Part shown: positions 47,680 through 58,632 of the stretch, one piece after another | How the letters are laid out: every line of letters begins with the position of its first letter | How positions within the stretch are numbered: position 1 is the stretch's first letter | Assembly: GCA_000004985.1 (NCBI GenBank) | Contig: GG738863.1 | Origin: Naegleria gruberi | Lineage: Eukaryota | Length of the DNA: 64,000 bases | Reading direction: 5' to 3' (one strand) | Made by a program: the position numbers and the translations under genes | The notes under the pieces: generated by a model | What the model saw: only the letters and a program-made list of their open reading frames with translations | Database searches by the model: none | Told to the model about the DNA's origin: nothing

Positions 47680-48909
47680 CTAATAAGTTTGTTTAATTTT
47701 TTTTTCAATCTTTTTTTTACGAATCTTTTCTCGTTCTTCTTCCTTTTTCTTTTTGGAAAATACCACTTCTCCCTTTTTAGTCAAGTTTTTCTTTTCCTCT
47801 TCATTTGCTTGTTTTTCAGATTGTGATGAAATATTGTATTGATTCATGTACATTGGCGTCTTGACAGTCACCAAGAAACAAGGTAAAATAAACTTTTCTT
47901 CCTTAATAACCAGGACATTTCCATGATTCTTCGTATTGACTGTATCAGATAAAAGAACTGCACATGCAAATAATTGATTTCCTCCTCCACAATATCCAAC
48001 ACTAATTCTAGGATCCATTACAGTAACATAAATTCCAACTCCCAATGCACTTCCATTAATAACTGATAGATTATTATTCTTTCCTGGAACGAGGAGTCCA
48101 TTTTCTATAATGCTCTCGATATTGTGTGGGGAAGTTCCATGAAAACAGAGAAAGATACGATCAGTGACTGATTTCCCTATACGTTGCTCTTCTGAAATAA
48201 TTGCTTTTGTGAAACGATTCAATAAATCATTCTTGATAATACATTTGATATCTGAAACTGGATAACTACTCTTGAATCTGTTAGTGATAATCTCATTATA
48301 ATTGGCCCAAAATGAGATTGGATGATGAAATACTTTAGAAATTGGAACTGGCTTTCTACTAACTGATGGATCTTCTTTGAGTTTCTTTTCCTTCTTGAGA
48401 CGATTCTTCTTTGATAAACCAGCTGAAATACTAATTGTTTGATTAGAAGCAGATGGAATTGGAAACTCCCTCAGATTTGGATTCAAATGTTCATCCCAAC
48501 TCCAATTCATCATATTTTCCAAATAAATTTCATTCAGGAATGGCAAATCCTCAACTCTAACCTGAACTTCTTCCTCGACATCCAAATTTTCAAGTGCAGA
48601 ATCGTCAATTTCAATTTCAATTTCCTCATCAGAGGCAAACTCATCATATTCTACATTTTCATCATCCTCATCATTATTTTCATCATTATTTTCATCATGA
48701 ACCACAACACACTGATCATTGTCATGATTATTATCGGACAATGTAACATTCATCATTTCTATTAATTCCTCTCGGGTTGTTCCCATCTCTAGTAAATCCT
48801 CTTCACTGAGACACATAATCTCCTCGAGAGTTAAATTCACATTGCCTTCCTCTTCTTCTTGATTTAAAGACAATTCTGCAACAGATTCAGCTAGCTCCTC
48901 ATCAAGCAT
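47680..48909 (-). CDS. PARP-like ADP-ribosyltransferase catalytic-domain protein with acidic N-terminus (tentative)
   Basis: The 409-aa ORF has a C-terminal region with an H-G-[ST] motif (LCFHGTSPHNIESIIENGLL), followed by GSALGVGIYVT, as in the PARP/ART H-Y-[E/I/L] fold. The N-terminal 150 aa are D/E-rich. Confidence 0.4.
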   Translation of the reverse strand: MLDEELAESVAELSLNQEEEEGNVNLTLEEIMCLSEEDLLEMGTTREELIEMMNVTLSDNNHDNDQCVVVHDENNDENNDEDDENVEYDEFASDEEIEIEIDDSALENLDVEEEVQVRVEDLPFLNEIYLENMMNWSWDEHLNPNLREFPIPSASNQTISISAGLSKKNRLKKEKKLKEDPSVSRKPVPISKVFHHPISFWANYNEIITNRFKSSYPVSDIKCIIKNDLLNRFTKAIISEEQRIGKSVTDRIFLCFHGTSPHNIESIIENGLLVPGKNNNLSVINGSALGVGIYVTVMDPRISVGYCGGGNQLFACAVLLSDTVNTKNHGNVLVIKEEKFILPCFLVTVKTPMYMNQYNISSQSEKQANEEEKKNLTKKGEVVFSKKKKEEEREKIRKKKIEKKIKQTY

Positions 48910-49116
48910 TTTTTTAAAATACTTTTTTTATTGTAAATCAATTTGAAAGTTGCATTTTCAAGTGAAATCAAAGAATTGATTGTTATTTTTAGGTTTTATT
49001 GTACAATATTACGAAGAGATTAATATTCAATTACAACAGTTTCATAAACAACCCATAAACCTTTTGATACTTGTTGTCAACCTCGATTGTTGACAAACTA
49101 ATCCAGTACAAAAAAA

Positions 49117-51805
49117 ATGACAACATCAATAACCAATGCTAACTCATTTGACAATAACCCGATCAATAGATTGCAACACTCTCTCAACAAATTATTTAAT
49201 AATTCAACAAAAATTGATGAAAAATGGTTACGGAAAATTTTGGAACTTCACGATGAAGAGGTTAGTTATATTCTCTACTCACATATAATTGAGTAATGGG
49301 GATTTGTGTTTGATGATTGGATATTTGTGATTGCTAAATAATTATTAGAAAAGTGAAGGATTAGCGAGCTCATTAACACAAGAGGAAATTAGAAAGGAAA
49401 TTGAATTAATTATTGGTCCAGAGAATGAATGGAGATTTGATTCTGAACAAGCTCAACAATTCCGTGAAAAATGTATAAAATTGAGAGAAAAATCAGTGGA
49501 AGAAATGGATATAATAGATGTCATCTCTAATCAAAAAACTATTTCTTATGATTTCAAATATGAAAGGGATCAAACTCAATATGTTCATCCCGTAGAAAAT
49601 GATACTAATATGACACAATATTTGAATTTATGGGATTTAGTTCAACCTACAAGAGTTGAAATTATTGGAATTGAAAATCTTAATATTCAACCTGAAAAAT
49701 CTCAAAGTGGAAATTCCTATTTATATATCTGTTGTGAATTATTTCATGGTGGAACTCCACTTACTAAAGGAAGATTTACCAGAATGATTCCTCTTCACAC
49801 CTCTCCTCAGTGGAATCAATTTGTTATTTTCAATGATGTTTTACTTTGTGATCTTCCAAGAGAAACAAAAATTTGCTTTACAATATTTTCAAGACAAATG
49901 AATGAAACAGACCAGTCATTGGATTCACCTAATTGTATTAGCGGTAAAGACACTCCTCTTGGGTATGTCATTATCCCAATGTTTGACTTTAAGGGGTTAT
50001 TGAAACAGGGTGAATTTCATTCTATAATGAAACCAAATGGGAGAGCAATGCCATATAGTATACCAATTGAGAATATTGGAAATGAAACATCAATTTTTAT
50101 TAATTATCGACTAGATAGCCATTCGGATTCTGTGGTCTTTCCCCAAGGAAAACCTCCAAAGAGGATGGAAGAATGCCTTGATTCATTTGAACAAAATATT
50201 AAGGAATTTTTCAAAGATTTACCACAGGAAGAACAATTGAATCAAATCATTAATCAGATAATTACTCGAGACTCTCTTCAAAATCTAACACAGGAGGAAA
50301 GATGGTTGCTATGGTCAAATAGAGAAGTACTTATTGAAATACCTAAAGCTTTACCCAAGTTTATTTTGAGCGTACCATGGAAGATGCCACACGCTGTTCA
50401 TATTGCTCATTCATTGCTTTCTATATGGAAACCAATTTCCCCACTGGATGCATTAGAATTATTGAGCTACAAATTTGCAGATTCTAAGGTCAGACAATAT
50501 GCCATTGAAAGACTTGACGAACTTGATGATGCTCAATTGAGTGATTTTTTACTTCAATTAGTTCAATCTCTAAAATATGAACCATATCATGATAGCAGTC
50601 TTTCCAGATTTTTGCTAGAGAGAAGTTTGAGATCTCCACATACTATTGGCCACTTTGTCTTTTGGCATTTGAAAGCCGATATGCATGTCCCCTCATTCAA
50701 AGAGAGATTCTGTCTGATATTGGAAGAATACTTATCGAATTCGGGCAATCACAGAAGAGAATTATTGAAACAGGTCTTTGTTTTGGATCAATTACTGGAA
50801 ATTTCCATTAAAATCAAGCAAGAAAAGTTGGAGGATTGTAAATCAACATTTGAAAAATTAATTAACAATGTCAAACTACCTAAAAAATTCAAGCTACCAA
50901 TATCACCACATATGGAAGTCACAGAAATCATTCCACACAAATGTAAATTCATGGATACTAAACACAGAGGTTTGTGGCTCTGTTTCAAGAATGCAGACAA
51001 AAGAGGAGATAATATCCATATAATCTTTAAGGCAGGTGATGACCTACGTTCGGATCAATTGATTGTGCAACTTTTACGAGTTATGGATAAATTGTGGAAG
51101 AAGGAAGGTCTAGATCTCCATTTGAAACCCTATGCTAGTATTTGTACAGGTGAATTGATTGGAATGATTGAAATTGTTAAGAATAGTGAAACAGTTGCAC
51201 ATATAGTAAAGGGCTCTGGACATGGCATAGCACGGGTTTTCAATTCAGATATAATTCATGACTGGCTCAAGATGCACAACCACAGAGAAGATGAATGGAA
51301 TGGAATTGTTGATAATTTTGTTAGGTCATGTGCAGCTTATTGTCCAGCTACCTATGTTTTGGGTGTTGGTGACAGACACAATGATAACATTATGGTGACA
51401 AGGAAGGGAGATTTGTTTCACATTGATTTCACTTACTTTTTAGGCTGCTTTAGGTATCATTTTGTGCGAGAATCTACTCCTTTCATATTCAATCCAATGC
51501 ATTCTCATGTCATGGGAGGTGAAAATAGTGAAATGTTTGAGAAATTCTGTGAATTGAGTTGTCAGTCATATGCTTGTTTATGTAAATATGGTCAAGTGAT
51601 AATAACTTTATTTATATTAATGTTGGGTGCTGATATTCCACATTTGAAAAGTATTGAAAATGTTATGTGGTTGAAGAAGAGCTTAATGTTGAATGGATCA
51701 AAGGAATATACAGACAAACATTTCCGTTCCCAGATTAAGGAAAGTATGCGGCAGTCTCGTGCACGAATTGGTGATGCAATACATATTTTTCCAATCAAAA
51801 GATGA
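49117..51805 (+). CDS. Phosphatidylinositol 3-kinase catalytic subunit (C2, helical and kinase domains), 2 exons
   Basis: Exon 1 (49117..about 49260) ends at a GTTAGT donor, with an acceptor near 49346. The C2-like region precedes a PIK helical domain (ALELLSYKFADSKVRQYAIERLDEL...LLQLVQSLKYE...HTIGHFVFWHLKADMH). The kinase domain reads IIFKAGDDLRSDQLIVQLL...GVGDRHNDNIMV...LFHIDF. The kinase C-terminal half is closest to class I p110-type kinases, but no Ras-binding or adaptor-binding domain is present. Confidence 0.85.
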
Positions 51806-52032
51806 CTATTTTAAATCCTCACAATGATCTAGATATGATGGGGGACAATCTGGCTTTCAGCTACCACAAGGGAGTTATATGGAAGTTTTGATGAAATAAA
51901 TATTGAAAAAACAGCTGCCTCTCAACAAAAACCAATACCAAACCTTGATCCTCGCATTCAGATCTATAAGTCTAACAGTTGTTTGGTCATGGTTGAATGA
52001 CAATATCATCTAACGATGCTCTTAAGAGTAGC

Positions 52033-53145
52033 TCATTTGACTATGTTAGAAGTTAATTTGTTCAATGATTCCTGAAGTAATTTGATTCCTTTCTGGGTTA
52101 GGACATTACAACTAATATCTAGCTGAGTTAAATTTGACATTTCACTAATATATTTAGCTCCTTCATCACCAATAGAGTTTGATCTGACAGACAGACAGGT
52201 TAAATTTTTCATTTCACTAATTGATTTAACTCCCTTATCACGAATATCATTCTCACTAATATTAAGGGATATTAATTGTTTCATTCCACTAATGTATTTG
52301 ACTCCTTCCTTTCCAATATCATTAAAATCTAGTAGAAGAGTTTTTAAATTTGTCATTTGACTTATTGATTTTGCTCCCTCCGGTCCAATGTCATTGACAC
52401 CAGCATCCAATTCAGTCAATTTGGTCATTTGACTAATTTCTAAGGCTAATGAATCACTAATATGATTCTTTCTGATACCAAGTTTCGTCATGTCTTTTAA
52501 TTTACAAACAGATGCCACTCCTTTTTTACCAAGTCCACACCCATTAATACTTAATGTTCTCAATTGTTGCATTGCACCAATTTTTTTGGCTCCTTTCTCT
52601 CCAATACAACAGTTATCAATATGTAGTTCAGTTAATTTGTCCAATTCTCTAATAACATTTACTCCCCTGTTTCCAATATTAATACAATCACTTATATTAA
52701 GACTATTCAATTGTTTCAATTCACCAATATACGATCTTAAATCTTCACCGAAAATAAACTTGGAGCGAATTTTCAATGACTTCAATTGATTCAGTTTTTT
52801 CATAAAGTTGCTAGACAGTTCCATTTCCATTTCTTTGTTCCAAAAACAAATTGTAAGTTTCTCAACACATTCCAAAAATTGGCACTCCATCATCTTGTAA
52901 ATTGTGGTGGCACTTAAAATATCAATTTCTAGAGAAAATCTCCAACGTTCCCTCACGACGTTAAACCATTGTTTTGAAATCAGACACAAATTATTCAAAA
53001 TAAATGATGTATTATCACCAACAAATGAAATAATTTCATAGCAAATATCATCAATGAATATTTCTTTTTCAACAATGTTATGCTCTTTAATTATTACATT
53101 AATACTCACCATGTAAAATCTTTTTGGAGGCTTGTTGATTATCAT
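52033..53145 (-). CDS. Leucine-rich repeat (RNI-like) protein with N-terminal F-box-like region
   Basis: The 370-aa ORF contains about 9 tandem 28-aa LRRs of ribonuclease-inhibitor type: L..L.I..N.IGD.GAK.IS.M..LT.L.I. The N-terminus has an F-box-like hydrophobic helix. Confidence 0.65.
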   Translation of the reverse strand: MIINKPPKRFYMVSINVIIKEHNIVEKEIFIDDICYEIISFVGDNTSFILNNLCLISKQWFNVVRERWRFSLEIDILSATTIYKMMECQFLECVEKLTICFWNKEMEMELSSNFMKKLNQLKSLKIRSKFIFGEDLRSYIGELKQLNSLNISDCINIGNRGVNVIRELDKLTELHIDNCCIGEKGAKKIGAMQQLRTLSINGCGLGKKGVASVCKLKDMTKLGIRKNHISDSLALEISQMTKLTELDAGVNDIGPEGAKSISQMTNLKTLLLDFNDIGKEGVKYISGMKQLISLNISENDIRDKGVKSISEMKNLTCLSVRSNSIGDEGAKYISEMSNLTQLDISCNVLTQKGIKLLQESLNKLTSNIVK

Positions 53146-53299
53146 CTTCCGACCATTTGATGAATTCTGTTCTTGATCGTTTTCTCATTTTTTTGTTTTA
53201 AAAATTCAATTTAATTCCGTCAAAGGCCAAATCTTTGTTCTAACAATACTTTGTAATGTTCCAAAAGAAACATTCTTAATTTTTGAAAAATCCAATTAT

Positions 53300-54590
53300 T
53301 TATTCCAAATTCTTCAATTCAACGGTACATCCAATTTTATCCTTCAAATGAATGATCATATCCTTAGTCATCTTATCCAAATTGTATTCTTCTTGCCAAT
53401 TCCACTTAGCTCTAGCATTGGAATCGTCGAATGCCTTTGGCCAAGAGTCAGCAATTGCTTGTCTGAAATCTGGCTTGTAGGTCACTTGGAATGATGGAAT
53501 ATATTTGAGAATAGCTTGATGGAGCATTGCTGGAGTCAATGAGAAACTAGTAATGTTAAATGTTCTTTGACCAGCTCTCTTCAAATCTTCATTAGTCAGA
53601 TCGAAAATGTACTTGACAGTGGCACGAATGCAATCACTCATGTACATCATTGGAAGAGGAGTATTTTCACTAACGAAACATTCATAAGTTTTACCATGGA
53701 GAGCATAGTAGAACATGAAAACAGCCCAATCAGTAGTACCACCACCCTATTTTTTACAATAAATTTTAAATAATTTCAATAATAATTAACATTACAATAT
53801 TATGTCAATATAATGATAAATATTTCAAAAATCAAATTCTACTTACAGGTTCAGACAAATAACTGATAATACCAGGATAACGCAAAGATCTAAAATCAAG
53901 ACCATGCTTATAGGCATAATATTCACCCATATGTTCAGCATAAACCTTACCAATACCATAAATAGTTGTTGGTCTTTGAATGGTGACATCAGGTGTCAAA
54001 TCGAGTGGAGTTGTTGGACCAAAAGCAGCAATTGAAGATGGAATAAATACAGAACAATTGTTTTCTTTGGAAACTTCCAAAACATTGTGAAGACCAACAG
54101 TGTTTAATTCCAAAGCTGGAATTGGATTTCTTTCAGCTGCAGCAGACAAAAATGCAGCATTGTGAATAATGTGAGTAATTTCTTCCTTTTTAACAATTTG
54201 TGAAAGTCTAGCCTTATTGTTTGCATCCACTGTAATTATTCACACAAAAATTCCATAAATGGTTCTTTTTAACACCAAGTTGACTAGAAAACTTACAAAA
54301 TACAAAAGGTTCTCCATTTTGGAGTGATTCCATTGATGGAAGAGTAACATCACTAGTTACAACAGATTCCTTTCCGAAACGATTTCTCAAAGCAGTCGAC
54401 AATTCAACACCTTTTTCACATTACAATTATTACAACAAATTCACACACATTAAAAACTCACCAATTTGTCCATTTGATCCAATCAACAATACTCTTTGAC
54501 CAAGAACATTAGTAGTCGAATAATTTCTAGCAGAAAAAGTATTAACACTCTTCAAAAGTGGTGAAATATTCTTTGAAATTCTCATTCCTA
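53300..54590 (-). CDS. TDH: L-threonine 3-dehydrogenase (NAD-dependent epimerase/dehydratase family), 4 exons
   Basis: The exons encode an N-terminal Rossmann motif (RVLLIGSNGQIG, about 54480..54590), then VELSTALRNRFGKESVVTSDV, then ...HNAAFLSAAAE...IAAFGPTTP...TIYGIGKVYAEHMGEYY...FRSLRYPGIIS, then GGGTTDWAVFMFYYAL...PMMYM.DC...AIADSWP..FDDSNAR. The sequence is collinear with mammalian TDH. Introns are about 70-115 nt. Confidence 0.85.
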
Positions 54591-54733
54591 TTTAAATCAT
54601 TGTGTTATCATTATGTTATTATCATCATTATATAATAATATTCGGAGGATGAACATTTAACCATTCCATCATCATCACAATATTTAATATTTTCACACAC
54701 AAATCAGTCAGCATCATCAATTCACACACACAA

Positions 54734-54758
54734 TATTATTATTATTATTATTATTAAT
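54734..54758. repeat. (ATT)n microsatellite
   Basis: About 8 tandem ATT units in an intergenic/5' region. Confidence 0.8.
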
Positions 54759-55058
54759 ATCATAAACAATCGACAACAAATAATCCGCAATCAATGATGA
54801 TCGAACTAGAACCAATCAATATCATCACACCAACCTACCTTCTCAGTAGTACCAATTGAAAAATTAGAGAGAGCTGTTAAAATGTTTTTTTTGTGTAAAA
54901 AGCAAATTTGAAGCTTCCTTTGGTGATGAATAGGCAATATTGTGTTGTGGTTGTGATGACTCTTTGTGGCGGAGAGAGAATGAGTCCAATTAAAAACGTT
55001 TATTGTAAACTCAAGTTCTTAAGATGTTGAACTGTAGTTGAGTAATGGTTAATTACTG

Positions 55059-56315
55059 TTAAGCAATGAAAATTGACAATGTTGAGAACAATAGTAAATA
55101 AAAGATTATTGTCGGGGAAAGATGTTGTGAGCTAGAGCCACTAATGGTCTTGCTACTCGATTTGTAAACGTATGGTGTTGAAGAAGTTGGACCCACATTC
55201 TGATAGACAGGAGTGGAATATCCTCCAGTTGCAAGTAAAATCAACTCACCTGCTGTTCCACAATGAAATGGATATGCAAGATTTGATGCATTGGCAGCTG
55301 ACCAAATTGAACTGACAGCATCTGAAACATCCAATCCACATGAAATGAGAGCGTATCCACAAGGAGTCATTTCATAATTAACATTCATTAATGTTGGTAA
55401 GTAATCTTTAGCATTGGGATATTTCCAATTCGGGTGATATTTCAGAAATGTGGAGCAGAGAGCATTTGTGGATTTGTTTAATGGAAAGTTGAAAGCAGCT
55501 GGCCACAATTGAGAAGCTGCATCTGGATATAATATAGTCCAATTTGATGGAGTAACAACATCTGAATCGCCTAAACCATAATTATAATTAAAATTGGATG
55601 TGCTCCACATGTATTGATTGACCAACTCAATCATTCCACTTGCAGCAGAGGAACAAGTATTGGCAAGTGATGTATCATTGATTACTTTAGCAAGATATTC
55701 ACAACTTTTGAATCCCGCATAGACCTCAGATTGATCCATTAAATACTTGATGTGATAATTTGGTTTAGCCCAAGTCAACCCATTTTGCATGGTTGACTGC
55801 ATGGCCTTTACACTATTTCTTACTCCTGGCATGATTTGATTGGTTGTATAGTTTTTATCGACAGCATAAACTGAAGCCACAGCCATAATAAATAATGCAG
55901 CATATGAATCAGTACTATCCATATCATTGGTAGAACTCCAAGCAAATGCTGAACTAGCTCTTGTGTAATCTGTGATATAACCAGTTGAGTTGCTCTGATG
56001 TGAAACAAACCATCGAAACCAATTCCAAGCATAGACAGATGCAGTGGTAGTTCCAGTTGTGGACATGGCTCTAGCCAAGCCAAGAATTGCAAAATTCGAA
56101 TGATATGTATTCACATCTACTTTATCTTTCCACACGGAAAGTGAACCATCAGGAGAGGTGCAGTCAATGATGAATTGTTGCAATTGTTGAATCATTTTCA
56201 TATCCAATGATGAAGAGGAGCTTGTTGTCAGGTCAATGTTGGATAAAAAACAAAGGACAAAAGCAACAAGGAAAAGAATAGAGAGACGAGATCTGGAGTG
56301 GGATGATTTTCGCAT
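55059..56315 (-). CDS. Secreted, probably GPI-anchored protein; possible (alpha/alpha)6-barrel glycoside-hydrolase-like fold (tentative)
   Basis: The 418-aa ORF has an N-terminal signal peptide (LSILFLVAFVLCFLS) and a C-terminal hydrophobic tail after a Ser-rich omega region. Internal W-rich motifs are present (AWNWFRWFVSHQ). Confidence 0.35.
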   Translation of the reverse strand: MRKSSHSRSRLSILFLVAFVLCFLSNIDLTTSSSSSLDMKMIQQLQQFIIDCTSPDGSLSVWKDKVDVNTYHSNFAILGLARAMSTTGTTTASVYAWNWFRWFVSHQSNSTGYITDYTRASSAFAWSSTNDMDSTDSYAALFIMAVASVYAVDKNYTTNQIMPGVRNSVKAMQSTMQNGLTWAKPNYHIKYLMDQSEVYAGFKSCEYLAKVINDTSLANTCSSAASGMIELVNQYMWSTSNFNYNYGLGDSDVVTPSNWTILYPDAASQLWPAAFNFPLNKSTNALCSTFLKYHPNWKYPNAKDYLPTLMNVNYEMTPCGYALISCGLDVSDAVSSIWSAANASNLAYPFHCGTAGELILLATGGYSTPVYQNVGPTSSTPYVYKSSSKTISGSSSQHLSPTIIFYLLLFSTLSIFIA

Positions 56316-56505
56316 TTTTTTCTATTTTGCGAAAGGTGACAGCAAAAAATCATTAAGGAATTAGATTAAGTCCTTTGTGTAACTCTTACCAATTGGTAAG
56401 AACAACCGAATATTACAACACAATTGATTAAATGTGTATTTGAAATTTTGTTCATTCTCTTAAACTATTTATCTATGTTAGCTCAGTGTTTGCAGTGTTT
56501 GATTA

Positions 56506-57692
56506 TTATTGAGATAAAGTTCCATCATTGTTGTTGGTATTAGTAGAATCAGAGTTTGAAACAACAGGTTGGTTGTGATGATTTGGAGGAAGTACAAAGA
56601 CAGTAATTGTAATATTTGTTCCTTCAAAACATGATTCAATAACTTGTTTCATCTCAGCCCAATCCAACTTGTTACCTCCACATCCAATTCTTGGCATTGA
56701 AATTCTTTCAATTCCATTTCTTTGAAGGAGTTTTCTGGCATGATTGAGAACTTGCTTGTAATTGTTATAGTTGGCCTTGTCAGTTTTCTTTTGTTTTGTT
56801 AAGAGGAATCTGGTTGTCAAAGAAATAGCCATGAATATTATTGTGAATTGTATAATACTTACAGAATTTCCTTTCCATGTTTGGAATCATAACATAAAAT
56901 ACATGGTTGATTGGTCAATTGGTTAAGTGTACCAATGTGTGGGAAATAATCCATACATTGCTTGGCAATACCATAATTAGTGCTCAAATCAGCACTTATT
57001 CCAATACAGATTGGATCAGTATTACTGCTATCAAACAAATCACCTTCCTTTTCAATTAATTTAAATCCAAAACCCTTGTCTTTGAGTTCTTTCACCTCAG
57101 TTTCATATCTAATCTTATCTTGTTCATATAATTGCTCATAAACCATCAATTCATCAGTTGATAGAGCATTAAATCTATTACTCAATTCGTGTTGAATCTT
57201 TTTAAAATTATCAGAAATATCTTGTTTTGTTTTACCTTGAGATAGTTGACCATTTTGAGATAATTCACTTCTCACAATAGCATAATTTCTCTTTACAAAT
57301 TGAACACGTGGAGTGAGTGGTTTCTTTGGAGTTTTAATAATATTAGCCTCTCTCACCTCTTGATCTAATAATCTTCTCTTCAATTCCTTGATTTTAGTTT
57401 GTGAATTATTTTGCAAAGTTTCCAATTTGGCCTTCATCAATTCTTCAAGTTGTTGTTTCTTTCTTTCGTATAAATTATTTTGAGTGGCTTGATATTTCTC
57501 CAATCGAGTAATATTGGATGGCTTGGCAAGTTGAGGAATAATCACTTGTGGATCCGAAGTAGTAGACGAAACAGCTGCATTAGAATTTGTGTGGGTATTA
57601 TTCGAAATTAATTGACGATGAAATGAACGAGAAATTGATGAGGATTTTTGCAAGAAATCTCTAGAAAGGAAACGAGAGGTCTTGTTGAGCAT
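56506..57692 (-). CDS. Macro-domain protein of TARG1/OARD1 type with long N-terminal coiled-coil, 2 exons
   Basis: Exon 1 (56859..57692) is basic and coiled-coil rich (KQQLEELMKAKLETLQN), followed by GDLFDSSNTDPICIGISADLSTNYGIAKQ. Exon 2 (56506..about 56830) encodes ...RISMPRIGCGGNKLDWAEMKQVIESCFEGTNITITVFVL, matching the TARG1 C-terminal block SMPRIGCGLDRLQW...ITVY. Confidence 0.65.
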
Positions 57693-57965
57693 TTTTTTTG
57701 GAAATGAAATTATTGATGGATGTCTTTTTGATTGATTTCCAATTTTGTAAACTTTTCATTGTAAAACATTTACAGTTAATTTAAAAAAAAATAGTCATGG
57801 TATTTAAAATGGTTTAAAATTTTATATTAAACAAATAAATTTCCTTTTCTATTCTTAAAATCTAATGCAATATTCCTTATTTGATATTCTTACTTTTTTA
57901 GATAGTGCTCTAAATTCAATTTGATCCATCATTCACTCTCCAATTAAAGAAAATCTTCTTTTTTA

Positions 57966-58550
57966 TTGAAAAACACAGTTCATTATTCAAATATAATAAA
58001 AATGCACAATATAAACACCGCAAACATGATGAAATCCTCAATTTCGAATAGAGAAAAGGAAGCAGCAACAGTGGAAACTATTCTCAGTAGTGGCAATAGA
58101 TGTGATACTTTAGGTCATGAATTAGGTAAAGAAAATTCAGAATTTGAAAGGAAACCTCCCTCTCCAAGGATTAATTATAAGAAATACGTCCTACCTTTCT
58201 ATCCGAATATGAATTTAGGTGGTCCCAGCAATCCTTCGACAGTTTCTAATGAATTATTTCGACAATATTCGACAGATGTTCTTAATAATCAGGATGAAAC
58301 AATTGAGGAAGCTGAGGATAAATTAGATTCGTATGAACCTGCCTCAAACTCTTCACTCTTTACAATAGTTGGAATGGAAATGCTTGAGAATGGTTTTACA
58401 TCACTGTGGCAAGATTTAAGCATTCTGGCCACACAAGTTAGAGCTGGTCATTTAACCATTGATTCGTATAGAGCTATCCTAAAGCTTTCGTTGGTTTTAA
58501 TTATTTTTCTCCTATTGTTTGTATTCATTTCGAGTGCCTTTGTTGAATAG
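57966..58550 (+). CDS. Small tail-anchored protein, unknown function
   Basis: The 194-aa ORF has one C-terminal transmembrane helix (LSLVLIIFLLLFVFISSAFV). A stop codon at 58548..58550 separates it from the downstream in-frame ORF. Confidence 0.3.
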   Translation: MKNTVHYSNIIKMHNINTANMMKSSISNREKEAATVETILSSGNRCDTLGHELGKENSEFERKPPSPRINYKKYVLPFYPNMNLGGPSNPSTVSNELFRQYSTDVLNNQDETIEEAEDKLDSYEPASNSSLFTIVGMEMLENGFTSLWQDLSILATQVRAGHLTIDSYRAILKLSLVLIIFLLLFVFISSAFVE

Positions 58551-58632
58551 TTGCACGACTCCAATAAACAACTTTCCCGCCAAAAAATACTACAATCTCA
58601 AACTCTAACTTTGAAAAAAATATCTCGACTAA

